The notes beneath the pieces were generated by a model, which was given only the letters and a program-made list of their open reading frames with translations, had not been told where the DNA came from and did no database searches. Below, piece after piece: positions 1 to 12,892 of a stretch of DNA of 64,000 nucleotides (position 1 is the first letter of the stretch; each line of letters starts with the position of its first letter). This stretch comes from Antedon mediterranea (taxonomy: Eukaryota; Animalia; Echinodermata): NCBI RefSeq assembly GCF_964355755.1, contig NC_092673.1:23743648-23807647 (forward strand), read 5' to 3'. The translations under genes and the position numbers were made by a program.

Positions 1-430
1 TGATTAGTATAAAATATCACATCATATATCGATCAGTCCACAGATATCGACAGAAAACATTCATCATGGAAGATTATGTATCATAATATGATGGGTAAAT
101 ATAGAAATGGGACAGACAGGGTGATTAAAAGAGAGTCATGTTAATGTCTAGTTTTAAAGCCCCATTTATCAGGATGACTCGGAAGATCTTTTGCAACCAG
201 CCATCAATATATCAAGCCTAACATCAATCCACTATCTTCAAGACAAATTAATCTCATTAAATTCTTGATGGAGATAGTTTAAAAAGAAATAATTTTTAGG
301 AGTTGAATGGGGAGAATATTTCAAGAGTTAAAAGATTCTATTTTAGAAAGCAGAGCAGAGCAATACATCAATGCTTGATTACCCACAACAGCTTGCTAAA
401 TGATTTTATGAGCAGATTTAAAGAGTAAAC

Positions 431-599
431 AAAATTTGAATAAATTTTGATTTAATATACTCTGAAACTAAGCTTTAATTTTGAGTTGAAATAGGGAAGT
501 GGCTATCGGTACAGTCAACCATGCCAGTAGTACAATCGTCTGAACGCACGTTATTATTTTCTATCAGCATGGTTAACTGTACCTCTATTGTGAAGTTTT
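431..599. repeat. Dispersed ~165 bp repeat, copy 1, containing a ~75 bp hairpin/MITE-like core (508-583)
   Basis: Closely similar to 2081-2248. Core has inverted repeat GGTACAGTCAACCATGC ... GCATGGTTAACTGTACC, with TA on each side. Confidence 0.7.
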
Positions 600-2080
600 A
601 CAGTAGTAAGTGTAGTAAAATAGACATGATCCCAATGCTATAGAAATCCTATATCTAAGATTTTAAATTCGACCTCATGAATACAGATCTATCTATGCCA
701 TAAAAAAGAATACCAACTATTTGTGTGTATGAATATGTAGGTCAAGACCCCAAATACTCTAATTTCAGGGAATTAATGAGCATTTCTTAATATGTGTGCG
801 CTGATTCTTAAATCTGAGATTAAATTGTAATTTATGTATAATGATCTGACCTTAATCCAAATAGACTGGTAATTGTCCATTCCATTTGTGATTATTAAAA
901 TCGTATTGTGTACAGGTTTGTGAAGAATATCTAGAAAGTTGGAGCCAAAAAAGATAGTTAGAATCTTCTGAGATACTAGTTTATGAAGCCATAATCACAC
1001 AGGACTTTTTTATTAAGACTACCACTGCCAGCAGTATAGCAATTTTCACTTTAATAACTCCTGTGTTTATAGGCCAGTCATTTTCTAGAGTACCATCAAG
1101 CAGCATTGTAAGTGTTAATTAATCGGACTTGCCCAGTAATTCAGTAGTTCATTTGGCAAAACTTATTTTTTTTCTGCGTCATCAATGTTTGTTTGTGGTT
1201 TGGACCACAATGATTGATGAATAAATGGATGTTTCTGATTGGTCAGTAGTTTATATTTGTATGATAAATATTTGTCTTATTACCTGTGAAATTTTCAACA
1301 AAACTCAAACATTATGAATATGACGAGGTAAGCAGATAAGTGTTACGATGACCGTTTCAAAAAACCTAATCACCACAAATGTAAAACTAATGCATAATAC
1401 AGCTACTTCTTAAAACAGTTTGATTATGACATTCAAATCTGTTTCCAAACTAAAACACACTATTGCAATAACTCTTTTCTTACTTGGACACCAATGAATA
1501 GAATAAATTGTAATAAAGGAACGATAAATCAATGTACAGGTTATATAATCTCAAGAAAACATTAAACATGCAGTAAATCCAATACATCCAAATGTCCAAG
1601 TTTTATTGTTGTAGATGGTTGTAACTATTATTAATACTAGCTGATTCACAACCAAACGAGAACGAGATTCGTTTGGTTATTTCATATTCCTAAACTTGGA
1701 TTTTGACATTTTCTATTTTTGTATTAGATTTTTTTCTTTGTTTTCATTGCCTGATTCAATCATTGGAAAGAACCGACTTCTTGACCGTTTGATAGAGCTA
1801 TATCCGTTTTCACACTGAATTTAATTAACGTGACAATCAAATATATATGTAGGTTAATTACAAATCTAGATATTGTCTAGTAGAACTAACATGGCTAGAC
1901 TGCAAATTAACTGTAAGATTAACAACTCACTTTAACAAAATTAAAGGAAATTGGAGATAAGATTAGTAGACATCCACGCTTTAATTTTCTTCTTTTATTT
2001 ATATAGGAATGACAGTTGGTTGTTAATATACACAAAAATAATGCCACTAGTTCATCGTAACTCTGAAAATATGTCTAGAT

Positions 2081-2248
2081 AAATTTTGAATACATTTTGA
2101 TTAATATACTCTGAAACTAGGCTTCAATTTTGAGTTGAAATAGGGAAGTGGCTATCGGTACAGTCAACTGTGCCAGTGGTACAATTGTCTCAACGCAAGT
2201 TATTATTTTCTATCAGCATGGTTAACTGTACCTCTATTGTGAAGTTTT
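2081..2248. repeat. Dispersed ~165 bp repeat, copy 2 (direct orientation)
   Basis: Same sequence as 431-599 (AATATACTCTGAAACT...GGGAAGTGGCTATCGGTACAGTCAAC...CTCTATTGTGAAGTTTT) with few substitutions. Confidence 0.7.
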
Positions 2249-4020
2249 CTGTCAGTTGGCTGTACATCTTGTTCCGTGTGATGTGACGGAATAGGAACCA
2301 ATGAATTTGATTTGCAGTATGCATCATGCCGATAACCTGGTTTTTGGCTGAAAATAATGAATATTTAATTCTGAGAACAAATTTGTTTGACTACTATTAA
2401 ACATATGATGTTTCATATATTTTTCCAGAATCTATTAGAATGTTAATTTTTTTTTTCATTTTTTTCTTGACTTAATTTTTTTTTTTTTTTTTCTATGCAC
2501 CATTAATATAAATAAATGTTTATGAAATGAAATACACTTAACATCGACTAGGGGTATGATGAACCTACGTGGTGATACAATTGTGCAATATAAAACTAAA
2601 AACTTTAATGTATGGTTAACAATTCCACAGCCTCGTTCTTCAAATAAGCAAAGTAATATTATACAATTCTAATAGATTCTAGAAAATTATAGGAAACATC
2701 ATTTGTTTAAAGTAGTCAAAAAAAAATTCAAAGAATTCAATATTCATTTCACAAGTACTTTCAACTGCAAGTCATGACCAGATACTGAATTTGAAGTACA
2801 ATTTCACCTGCAGTATATGGTATTTTCTTTTTACTCTATTGAAAAAAAGTAAGAAAAACTGTTTGACATACAATCTAGCATGTGTTTATAGAATTTGTTT
2901 GTGTGTGTATTAAGTTGAAATTCAGACTGAAATTTAAAAATAAAATGCGTTTTTATTTACAAAATACTTTCGATATATTCTATTAAGATATGTAAAAATA
3001 TACCATCTAAAAATTGACTATTATAAAGTCTAAAACATATTGTATATTATAAAAACTCTAAGGATTGTGTGAATAGCAGGTAACAGGTGAACATGTCAGT
3101 GTATACTAGAAGAAGATTTCATCAACACAAGTACAGTAAATAAGGTATTAAAGGTATATAACACAATCCAATTCAAATTTATCTGCTGTCAAAAATGTAT
3201 TACAGAATATTACCAAAACCCTTGAGATCAACGAAAACTAATATAGCTTTAGGTGAAATTTAGATTTTAAAAATAAAATCTGTTGGTAATTTTATCTTTA
3301 AGATCTAAGAATAACTCTTGACAAATTCTTTCAAAAATATATCTATGCCCTATTCAACTTCGCTAATGACATTTTAGACATTACTTTTTATTTTAATGTA
3401 AACATCATTTTAAATTATCATTACTTTAAATTTTGTTCTGCATCGATTGGGATGTGTACTTTTAACAAGATGTCACCACTTGGTATTTAAAGAATAAAGT
3501 TAATGTTTAAATCATCAGGTCACTCTATTTGGACACTCTTTTTGGACACTCTATTAAGTCGGTGAATCTGGAATAATTAGTATAAAGATGAGAGTTCATT
3601 CATCCGTTCATAATCTACATTCATGGTTCGTTTCTTCGGATAGGTATACCATATGCTTTGATTTTAAATTCAAATGTTATTAGTCTGTATTCTTTTTTTT
3701 TTGTTATCATCACTTTTCTACCAAAATATAAAGCATAAACAGCATTAATTTGCAAGTATATTGTTCTTATGAGTGAGTGGCATACCATTTAAGACAGTGG
3801 AAATGTACTGTCATCCACTCACACGCTCCATGGTTCTGTTAGTAGAATGAGTTTTCTTGGATAAAGACTATTACTGTAGATCCAGTGTACAAACATTTTT
3901 GTGTAAACTTTAAAGACACATTTCGAGTTGCTCTGGTGCGTTACACAGTAACTGGTATGGACCGACTAAATAGCACCGGAATTGGCAGTACCAACATTCA
4001 TGACACTTTAGGGGAGAAGC

Positions 4021-4949
4021 TAGACTTGCCCCAAGTCTGTATTATCTTTTTTTTTTATTTATTTGTTTTTATTTCGACCGCGATTTTTGTCTGAAAATAC
4101 AGACTTGTGAAACACGTATAGAAATCGATTTGCAGACCGCAAACATCCGATAAGAATGACATAGGTTATCATACCGTATTTGGCTATATGGGGCGGGCGG
4201 TATGTAAATATAGATTTCGAATCAACCAATGATCATTTTGTTTCAAAATGAAAAAGATCAAGACGTACGTACAGTGCTGAATGTACGATCGAGACTGTTG
4301 AAATATAAAATCGTAATGCCAAGTTGTTTTGTTTATTAATTGTTTAGTCCTTGGCCTAGGCCTCTTTCGTAGGTCCCACTCAACTTGCACGCATGACCTG
4401 CCAAATAAAACGCCAATAAAGTAGCCCTACATACCACCACCGGCACACAACAGGGCTACACCACCACACAGAACAGGACAGGGTCTGGGTGGGAAGTAAA
4501 TCATAATTATCTCCGCGTAATAAATGATCCATTCAATGTTTGATTTGCGGAGAAGCTAGCCTATCATATCAAGACGAGTTTTCATGTTCATGTTTACCAG
4601 ACTACTAGGCATATAAAATAATTTCTAGCCTTCAGAAACTTTCATAAATGTACCCAAGTACACATTGTCTAAACGTAACATAGCGCATGCGCATCATCTT
4701 AGTTGTTGTAGTTCTGAAATATGAATATTAAAATGGTGTACGAGTGAGTAGCCAATCGCATGCAGCTGAAACTAGTCAACCGGATAATCGTATGCACCAA
4801 GGATTCTTGGTGTCAAACCACGTGACTTGTGCGTGTTTCCCCAGACGGAGTATCCAAAATCAAGTAGTATACGTATGAAACGCTATATGTGCCAAAATAT
4901 TTATCTTTTTACTAATATTAAGACAAAACTCCGTCTGGAACCCAGACTA
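4021..4949. mobile_element. Non-autonomous DNA transposon with 9-bp TSD (superfamily uncertain; TSD length is Mutator-like)
   Basis: Exact direct repeat GGGAGAAGC at 4012-4020 and 4950-4958. Termini TAGACTTG... and ...CCAGACTA are imperfect inverted repeats. Interior is more GC/CpG-rich than the flanks. Confidence 0.65.
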
Positions 4950-5314
4950 GGGAGAAGCATGTAATTGTCTACAATGCATTGAGATGGCATTGTTTGTGGA
5001 TAGTCCTATAGTCTTGCCTAGACTTCAGATTATTCCTGTTAAAGGAAGATCTTAAAATGATTCCATCTGTTTTTTTCTAGATAGATAGAAATGCATCCTT
5101 TCAAACGATTTTGAAATTGTTTGATAGTAGACAAAAGCAGATTCACCATGACTAGTCATCTTTTTCCAAATCATCATATGCCTTGTAGTTTGTACCTTTC
5201 TTTCTTGGTCTCATGATTCTTACCAATCAATCTAACCAAAGTCTTCTGCTTGATCTTGACATAACTAATATAACAAATTAATTGCTCTAGTTTGATGAAA
5301 CGTTTCACTATTTT

Positions 5315-5697
5315 AACTAGAAGCCACTCCGAGAGTGCATACCTCTGCCTACTGTAAAGTTCTCCTACTTCTTCGGGAAAATATATATATATATATTTGT
5401 GTGTGTCTTAATGCTGTGTGTGATTTAGGCTAATTGCACTACAAGCATGTGTGTGCGAATTTGGTGTAAAGACTGTTGCCGACTTTTGAAAATTTACACT
5501 AGCAGGTCTGACAATTATACTAAAAAGTGGTCGACAGTGGTCCGTATTGCCTCCAAAATTTAATGGAGTGGTCCTTGACCACATATCTATCTTTATTTTC
5601 ATTTTGGTAAAGATCTTGTAATTAATTTTTGAGTAATCCTGCTAAACAAACAAACAAACAAACGCGATCGACTACATAATACCTCCTTGGCGGAGGT
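5315..5697 (-). mobile_element. Helentron-associated (HINE/DINE-like) non-autonomous element
   Basis: Terminal hairpin ACCTCC-TTGGC-GGAGGT, adjacent (CAAA)n microsatellite, partner motif ACCTCTGCC at 5341 and AACTAG at the other end. Confidence 0.5.
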
Positions 5698-7095
5698 GAA
5701 ATATTATGAAATTGAAATATACGGTAAATGTTTGTTTACTAACATTTAATGTTGTTTTAGGATTTCATACAGTATGAAACTTTTTTCCATTTCAAACTTA
5801 ATTTAAACTAAATATAGCTAGAAGCTGTAATTGCAATTTGCAATTAAGTAGTACTGTTAATATTGTGTTTATTTTAATGGTAACCCCAAAACATAATTCT
5901 TCCCTAACTGTCAAATTCAGCAGATAAAGGCCATATTACAAATTGCATGTTGAAAATATATGTTTCTTTAAAGTAAATTGCATTCATAATTTTCTATTGA
6001 AATGACATTAAATGAATGTTAAAAAATGGCAATGAAATAGCATTTGAACCCTTTAAGCCCTCATAATACATCATTTTCAAATAAGACATTAACATTGTTG
6101 GTGTACACACATAATGAATGTTTATGAGTTGACAACATTTCATGAGTTGAAAAATTGATCTTTCGACGAATGAAATAGTTTCTCCATTCAACAAATATTC
6201 TTTTTGTTTTATAATATTATACCTACTGTTCTAAACATTCATTATATTTCCATCTTGAATCAATGTTGAAAGCTAGGCTTGAAGAGACCATTGAATAAGC
6301 AGCCTCAATTAATTGATGTTGAGTAGAACAGACTGTTCACTGTTTTTAATGAGTCTGTCACTCTCAAAATCTTTTTAAAAAAGATTTACATGTAGTACAA
6401 TCACCATTAACTATCACTTCCATTTATTTGTAGAATTATACTGTAGTACTAAATTGCACATCATGTGAAATTAACCAATCAAATGGCAATGATACAATTG
6501 GGTGTATCAAAATATGGAAATTCAAAACTTTATAAAAACCACATTGTGTTTAATATTTGGTACATTTTTAGAATCCTGTCTGTACAATTGTCAAATAAAT
6601 GAGACTTTAATAGCTGTGTTTACCCGGAACATGCTGCTGGCACCAGAGAGCCGGAACATCCACAAATCTAGTCATCCGTTCATGAAACGCCGCTGGGTAA
6701 CAATTCTGGCGCGAAAGTAGCATGATAGTCACTGAAATGCAAATTGCCTGTGTGTACGTATTTTGCATATGTGGGTCAACTCTGCCATCAAAATTAGACC
6801 CCTTATTTCCACATCAAAACACAATTCCCATAACTACAATCTTCTTCAAAATGCAAAGAAGTTTTTGCATCTTTTGAATTGGAGCAAGCTGTAGAATCTA
6901 GCTGTCAACGAGCCCAATCGTTTCTTAAATATTCCTATCCCATAATATAATGTGTTATTTAGTTAGTTGTTATTTGATTTATCTTTAGTTTCAACAGGAA
7001 ATCATATTTATTTACCCTATTCTACTTCATTTCAACAGCCAGAAAAGAATATTTACAATACAGTTTTAAAGCATTTATGTATTTTTTTGCCACAG

Positions 7096-7138
7096 TTTTG
7101 GTAACCTTTTTCATAATGAAACATCTTTTACCAGTGTT
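7096..7138 (+). pseudogene. Decayed tandem duplicate of the FAM20B penultimate exon (pseudo-exon)
   Basis: TTTTTTGCCACAG|TTTTGGTAACCTTTTTCATAATGAAA...ACCAGTGTT mirrors TTTTTCAACAG|TTTTGGTAATCCTTTTCACGATGAAG...ACCAGTGCT 180 bp downstream. It has an internal deletion and no GTAAG donor. Confidence 0.7.
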
Positions 7139-7275
7139 ATTAAATGATAATAAATTAACAATTTATTAACAAACTCAATAGTTCTTTTCAGAACTGAATA
7201 TACAAGGTGTACCGCAACATTTGATTTCAAAATTCAAAGCTTCAAACAATAAATAAATTCATTATTTTTCAACAG

Positions 7276-7335
7276 TTTTGGTAATCCTTTTCACGATGAA
7301 GAAAGTATCCTAGCTCCTTTAAACCAGTGCTGTAG
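7276..7335 (+). CDS. FAM20B: FAM20B-like glycosaminoglycan xylosylkinase, penultimate coding exon (60 bp)
   Basis: Bounded by TTTTTCAACAG and GTAAGT. Translates (S)FGNPFHDEESILAPLNQCC(R), matching the FAM20B motif SFGNP..DE.SILAPLYQCC. Phase 2 joins in frame to the exon at 19125. Too short for the ORF track. Confidence 0.92.
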
Positions 7336-9570
7336 GTAAGTCAATCCATAATCATTCTACCTCATACATTTTCATGAGTTCATTGTATAAAATTGGCTTT
7401 AGGGCCAATATTACAAAGTCAATTCTATCAAAGTGAAATATTCCATCTGCCTGTTTAGCAGTTGAAATTATGGAACATGTTCCTGAAATGTGAAGCATGA
7501 CTTTTGCCCTGAATCATAATTTGTCTTGTAACTAGATTTTGCTAGAAATTTAAAACAAAAATGTTCAGAATTGGACAGAATATATTGTTTTGGGGCGGTA
7601 AAGGCAAAGAAGCCGATATTAAAGCTTTGTTCTCATACCATTGCGCAGTTCTAATGAAATGTCGCTTGTGATTGGTCATTTTACTTGTGTTAAATTAATG
7701 CATTGCATCCTAGTGGGAACAGCACATTCACTTTACTTCGTTATTATGCTGAAACGAAAGCTTATAAATTAATTAACGTTTGTGTGCAGTATGTGCAATA
7801 GACCAATAAAATGTCTTGAATTTTGAATCAGTGGGGCAAATAATTTCATGTAGTGAAAGATGAAGGTTTTTATTTAAATGTTTCCCACCACTAACAAATC
7901 TGCAAAATGTTGAATTGTTTATGAAAATTGTCGGCGCTATTTGTTATTGTCTTTTTGTTTTTTCCATACCCGAGAAGATTTTTGTTTTATTACAAAGAAA
8001 GATGTTAACGTCTAGCGTGCTACTCTTTTATGACAACCCTTCAGTTTTTCTCCGAGAGGCCTGCTGTAACAGCAGCCTCAACTAAAGGGTTAATTGTCAT
8101 TATCATACAGTATTTTATTGAATGTAGTTACCAGAAGGCATTCAATACCCTACAAAGTAATAAATAAAAGTTTTTTCTTGTAAGTAACTTCTTTCTACCG
8201 TAATTTCAGATTCATATTTCCAATTTATACTATCACATCAAAATGTATTTATTGTAAAGCTTGCTGTAGGCGTCTCATCAGATATTCAATACCACTCTTC
8301 TGACATATAAAAATGACTACTAAATTTAGAATGGTGTCAGTGCTTCATTTAAAATCAATACCATTAGAATGTGAATTTGAATTTAAATGGTTCTACCAAA
8401 AAAAAAAAAGTTTTAAAACATTAAAATAGAGAGGGCAGTATTTCTTTATATAAAGTTTTAGCCAGAGGCTGATTCTAAACTTCAATACATTCCAAGAAAG
8501 CTTCCAATGCCTTCCATTCAAGTAACCTCTGGAGAATCTTTCGCACAATGTCAGTAAATTCATTGTAAAAATCTTTGCAATACGAGTCAAGCAAGACAAA
8601 TTAAAAGCTTATAGCATAATTGCAATAAGCACAACACATTTATGAACTCCTATTAAAGAGATATTTTCAGGATTAAATAAAATGTTCTCTTAATAGAGGA
8701 GCATTGAGGAGAGGGTGGTAGTGGTCATGCAAGAATCTGTAATACCCTTTAAATGACATGATTAAAATAAATTTATATAAAAATCAATTAGGTGCTAAAA
8801 CATAACATAAGCTGTTCAGTTCTGTATACAATTTTCTATTGTTTAAACAAAACATCGCCATATTCCATTCCATGAAACAGAACAAGTGGCAGTGAGACGG
8901 AACACATACTGTATTAACCACTCATTTAAATCAACTTACATGATCTACAATGTTGGAAATTGCATTTGGATTTAAAAATTAAATGTTTTCATATGTACAA
9001 AATCATTGGTTGGATCACCAAGCTACTCTAATTTCACAATTTTTTCATTTCACGGAACGAAAGATGGCGCCTTTCAATTGTGTATTTAAATTTTCCATTA
9101 TTTAACAACACAGCGCGGTCTTCCGTTCCTTGAAACGGAACAAGAGTGAAAGTTCAGGAAAAAAAAGAGTGAATGTTAATGTTACTTTAAAAAGCTAAGT
9201 AGAAATAGAAATATTTTCCATCAAGATGACTTGAATTAAAATGTAATTTCTGAGAAAATGATTAAAGAATCTCAGATGGATTATGGGATACTTTTTACAA
9301 GTCTCCCACTGAATATTATTGACATACTGCAAAGATAACATATTTAACTACACTTTTGCTTTACTGAGAAAATAAATTGAGTGTTTACTTAGGCCGATGT
9401 GTGCAATTTTTTTGTTATGTTTGGAAAGTATGAGAGCTTTAAAAATGTGTGATTTATATTTTAAACATACTCAGATAATCACTTCTAAAATGAAGTTTAG
9501 GTAAATGTTTATTTTACATTGATTTGATAACAATCTTTACATACCATAGTGACAATAACATTTTTTTTTG

Positions 9571-10381
9571 GGCCCTGTTTCTGCTGCCAACTAAATACCG
9601 TATATTATACGGTATTTTTTGAATACCGTATATATACGGTATATTTTTGGCAGCAGAAACTGCGCTCATAAAAAATATACCGTATTTTGTATACCGTATT
9701 TTCCCCACAAAATTTGTGGATAAAATACGGTATTTACAAATTTATACCGTATTTTTTGTACCCGTTTCTGCTGCCAATAAAAAATACCGTATTTTTTTTT
9801 TACATGACAAAAGGTCAACATTCGTGTTTTTATTTTCTGTCGCTGTCAGCTGTTTTACACACGTGTATATATATATTCGGCGAAAATGTGGAGCGAAGAC
9901 GTCACAGTTTTACTAAATAAATTTGTGTGGGGAAGCTAAAATGTCTGGCCAACTAAAAGGTAATAAAAGGGACAACCACATTTATAAAGACATTTCTAAA
10001 AAAATAAAGCAGGAGTATGGAATAGACTTGTCTCCAAAGCAAGTAAACTCAAAGCTGAAGAGCCTGCGAAAGCAGTACAACATTGCAAAATACAATAACT
10101 CGGGGAGGGAACGAATTAATTGTCCCCATTACGATGTTTTCTGTGCTCTCACAACATCTCTATCACTAGGGCTAGGCTGTTGAAAGTGAGACGTAAAACT
10201 TCCTTTAATTATCGATCAAATAAATGAATGGCAATTTGGGTAAAAAAGATGAAATTTAACACGACCACCCAAGAAGTATTGTTAGCAGAAACGGGGTACT
10301 AAAAAATACGGTATAAAAAATACCGTATTTTATACCGTATTTTTATACCGTATTTTGAGCAGTTGCAGCAGAAACAGGCCC
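9571..10381 (+). mobile_element. Non-autonomous PIF/Harbinger derivative, copy 1, retaining a Myb/SANT-like (trihelix) ORF fragment
   Basis: TIRs GGCCCTGTTTCTGCTGC / GCAGCAGAAACAGGCCC and many subterminal ATACCGTAT/ATACGGTAT motifs. ORF 9923-10183 (HIYKDISKKIKQEYG..LSPKQVNSKLKSLRKQY..SGRERINCPHYD) resembles Harbinger Myb-like proteins. Flanking trinucleotides TTG/CTG are an imperfect TSD. Confidence 0.85.
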
Positions 10382-11887
10382 CTGGATAGCATACTTTCTG
10401 TTTCGTTTGCTATGAAAACAACTATATTTTCAAACTCCGTCATATTTCTACTTTTTCCAGCTCCTCCTTCTTCGTTTCGTCTTTTACTATATTTTTTCCT
10501 CCAGGGTTCACAGGTCATTGAAAAATTGGAAAAAAATTTGTTTACAAACCTGAAAATTAGTGGAAGTTTCAACCTCTTGTCACAATATTACAAAGTCGAG
10601 AATCAACGTGTAATATTGTGAATAAATTTCAACAAAATAACATACCCATGTAATGCACAGTCTGATACTTTTTTCAAATGATGTATGTGTCAATTGTTAC
10701 ACAAACATTTTGTTACAAAATACAATATGGGTATTGCAAAACATGAAAATTAGTCCACAATGCAAGTCCTATCATTTGTCCAGGTTTGGTTTTCTTTAAA
10801 AAGTCATGGAAATAAATAGATAAGATGAGAATTTTTAAAATTTTATTTTACACCATTTATACAAATATATCGCTTTTTCTATGACATTTTTAAGCTAGAT
10901 TTAGTCAAGTAATTTTTTCTAGAATGGTCTTGGAAAATTAACTCTTGAGAAAGTTTATGAACCCTATAAGTTGTCTGTACTTTTCCTTTGTCCAGTAACA
11001 TCATTAGTCAGAGTGTATTATTACCATTATCAATTATATTTCTTCAGGTGTTTTAAATTTCATCAACCTATTAACTACTCTTGGTTGGTTCATTATTTCA
11101 ATGAAAATAACTGCATGTCATTTTGAGATTCCCTTAAATCGTTCAACATACCTATAACTCTTTTTTCCTTCCTCATTCTAAAATATTTTGCCATGCCCAT
11201 CTTTTAACACTGCATTTCTATTGTGATAATTTATCAATACAATTTTTACGGTTTATACTACATGACCTATGTTCTTTATCTCATAAAAGCTGTAAATGTT
11301 CCTAAAATTATGCTTTGCGTCTTTTATTATTGTAGTGTTAACAGTTTTAATACTAATTACTATGTAGATAATTTGTTCTTATTTATTAGTTCATTATCTT
11401 TCATTGTCCTCCAAAAACAACATATTAGATGAATAAAATAGTTAATGTTGTAGATATGATAAAATTTCACTTATGCAAAAAAAATATTGACAGGTAATGG
11501 GCCTAAATGGATCTTCTTTTTAAAATTTTAAGTTTTTACCAGACCAATAACTATGTGACATGTGACAAATGGCATATTCAATTTTAAAAAGGGAAACAGT
11601 AAATAAAATGTTTTTATGCAGTTTTTTTAACACATATTCTTTTTATAGTCAATATTATATCTGGTTCATTGTTCTATAAAGTGCAATCAGCGATGAGTTC
11701 ATAATGATATTTAAAGTCGAATGTTTCTGTAAATCATATTTTTCAGACTAATGGACAACGTTGTATAAATAAAACAACCGATACCGATCCTGTCATGATA
11801 GAATTACATTTTAACGTGGTATAATTAGCCTATCCATTAATGTCATACTAGCTATACTAAATAAAACTCCATCCAGAGTACATCATA

Positions 11888-12506
11888 GGGCCTGTTTCTG
11901 CTGCAACTGCTCAAAATACGGTATAAAAATACGGTATAAAATACGGTATTTTTTATACCGTATTTTTTAGTACCCCGTTTCTGCTAACAATACTTCTTGG
12001 GTGGTCGTGTTAAATTTCATCTTTTTTACCCAAATTGCCATTCATTTATTTGATCGATAATTAAAGGAAGTTTTACGTCTCACTTTCAACAGCCTAGCCC
12101 TATAGTGATAGAGATGTTGTGAGAGCACAGAAAACATCGTAATGGGGACAATTAATTCGTTCCCTCACCGAGTTATTGTATTTTGCAATGTTGTACTGCT
12201 TTCGCAGGCTCTTCAGCTTTGAGTTTACTTGCTTTGGAGACAAGTCTATTCCATACTCCTGCTTTATTTTTTTAGAAATGTCTTTATAAATGTGGTTGTC
12301 CCTTTTATTACCTTTTAGTTGGCCAGACATTTTAGCTTCCCCACACAAATTTATTTAGTAAAACTGTGACGTCTTCGCTCCACATTTTCGCCGAATATAT
12401 ATATACATGTGTGTAAAACAGCTGACAGCGACAGAAAATAAAAACACGAATTATTCAAAAAATACCGTATAATATACGGTATTTAGTTGGCAGCAGAAAC
12501 AGGGCC
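11888..12506 (-). mobile_element. Non-autonomous PIF/Harbinger derivative, copy 2 (inverted, ~200 bp internal deletion)
   Basis: Near-identical reverse complement of 9571-10381, lacking about 9621-9819. Same TIRs, 3-bp TSD ATA, and the same Myb-like peptide (12100-12348). Confidence 0.88.
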
Positions 12507-12892
12507 ATAATGACACATGGAAATTCTTCCAGGGAAGGGATTTAAATGAGTTATTAAACCTATTCTAAATCTAGCATTTACATTTTCTTCTTTACCAACT
12601 TTCTTGATTTGTATTCTAATAAAGAATAAAATGAATTGGGGCCTAAGATGAAGTACTGTAGTTTAACACAGTATACACATATACAGGTTTCCCCTCAATT
12701 AAAGACCACTTTTTAGACATATTTCAACAGGTTTCTGGTTAAATTACAACTGTTTTGTTTTGTCGTTTTCATAGGAAATTTATGTAACTGTATCTTTGTT
12801 ATTTTATTTTTATTATTTATTATTTTCTTTTTGTCTTTATTGCTGTTGAGAATTCAAAATAAGATTGTTAACAATTTACACTTATTATAATA

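Noticed and set aside
1-7000. Further upstream FAM20B exons (DRHHYE / LLDNAK motifs)
   Set aside because: Not found by eye. They probably lie upstream of the window, though a short exon could have been missed.
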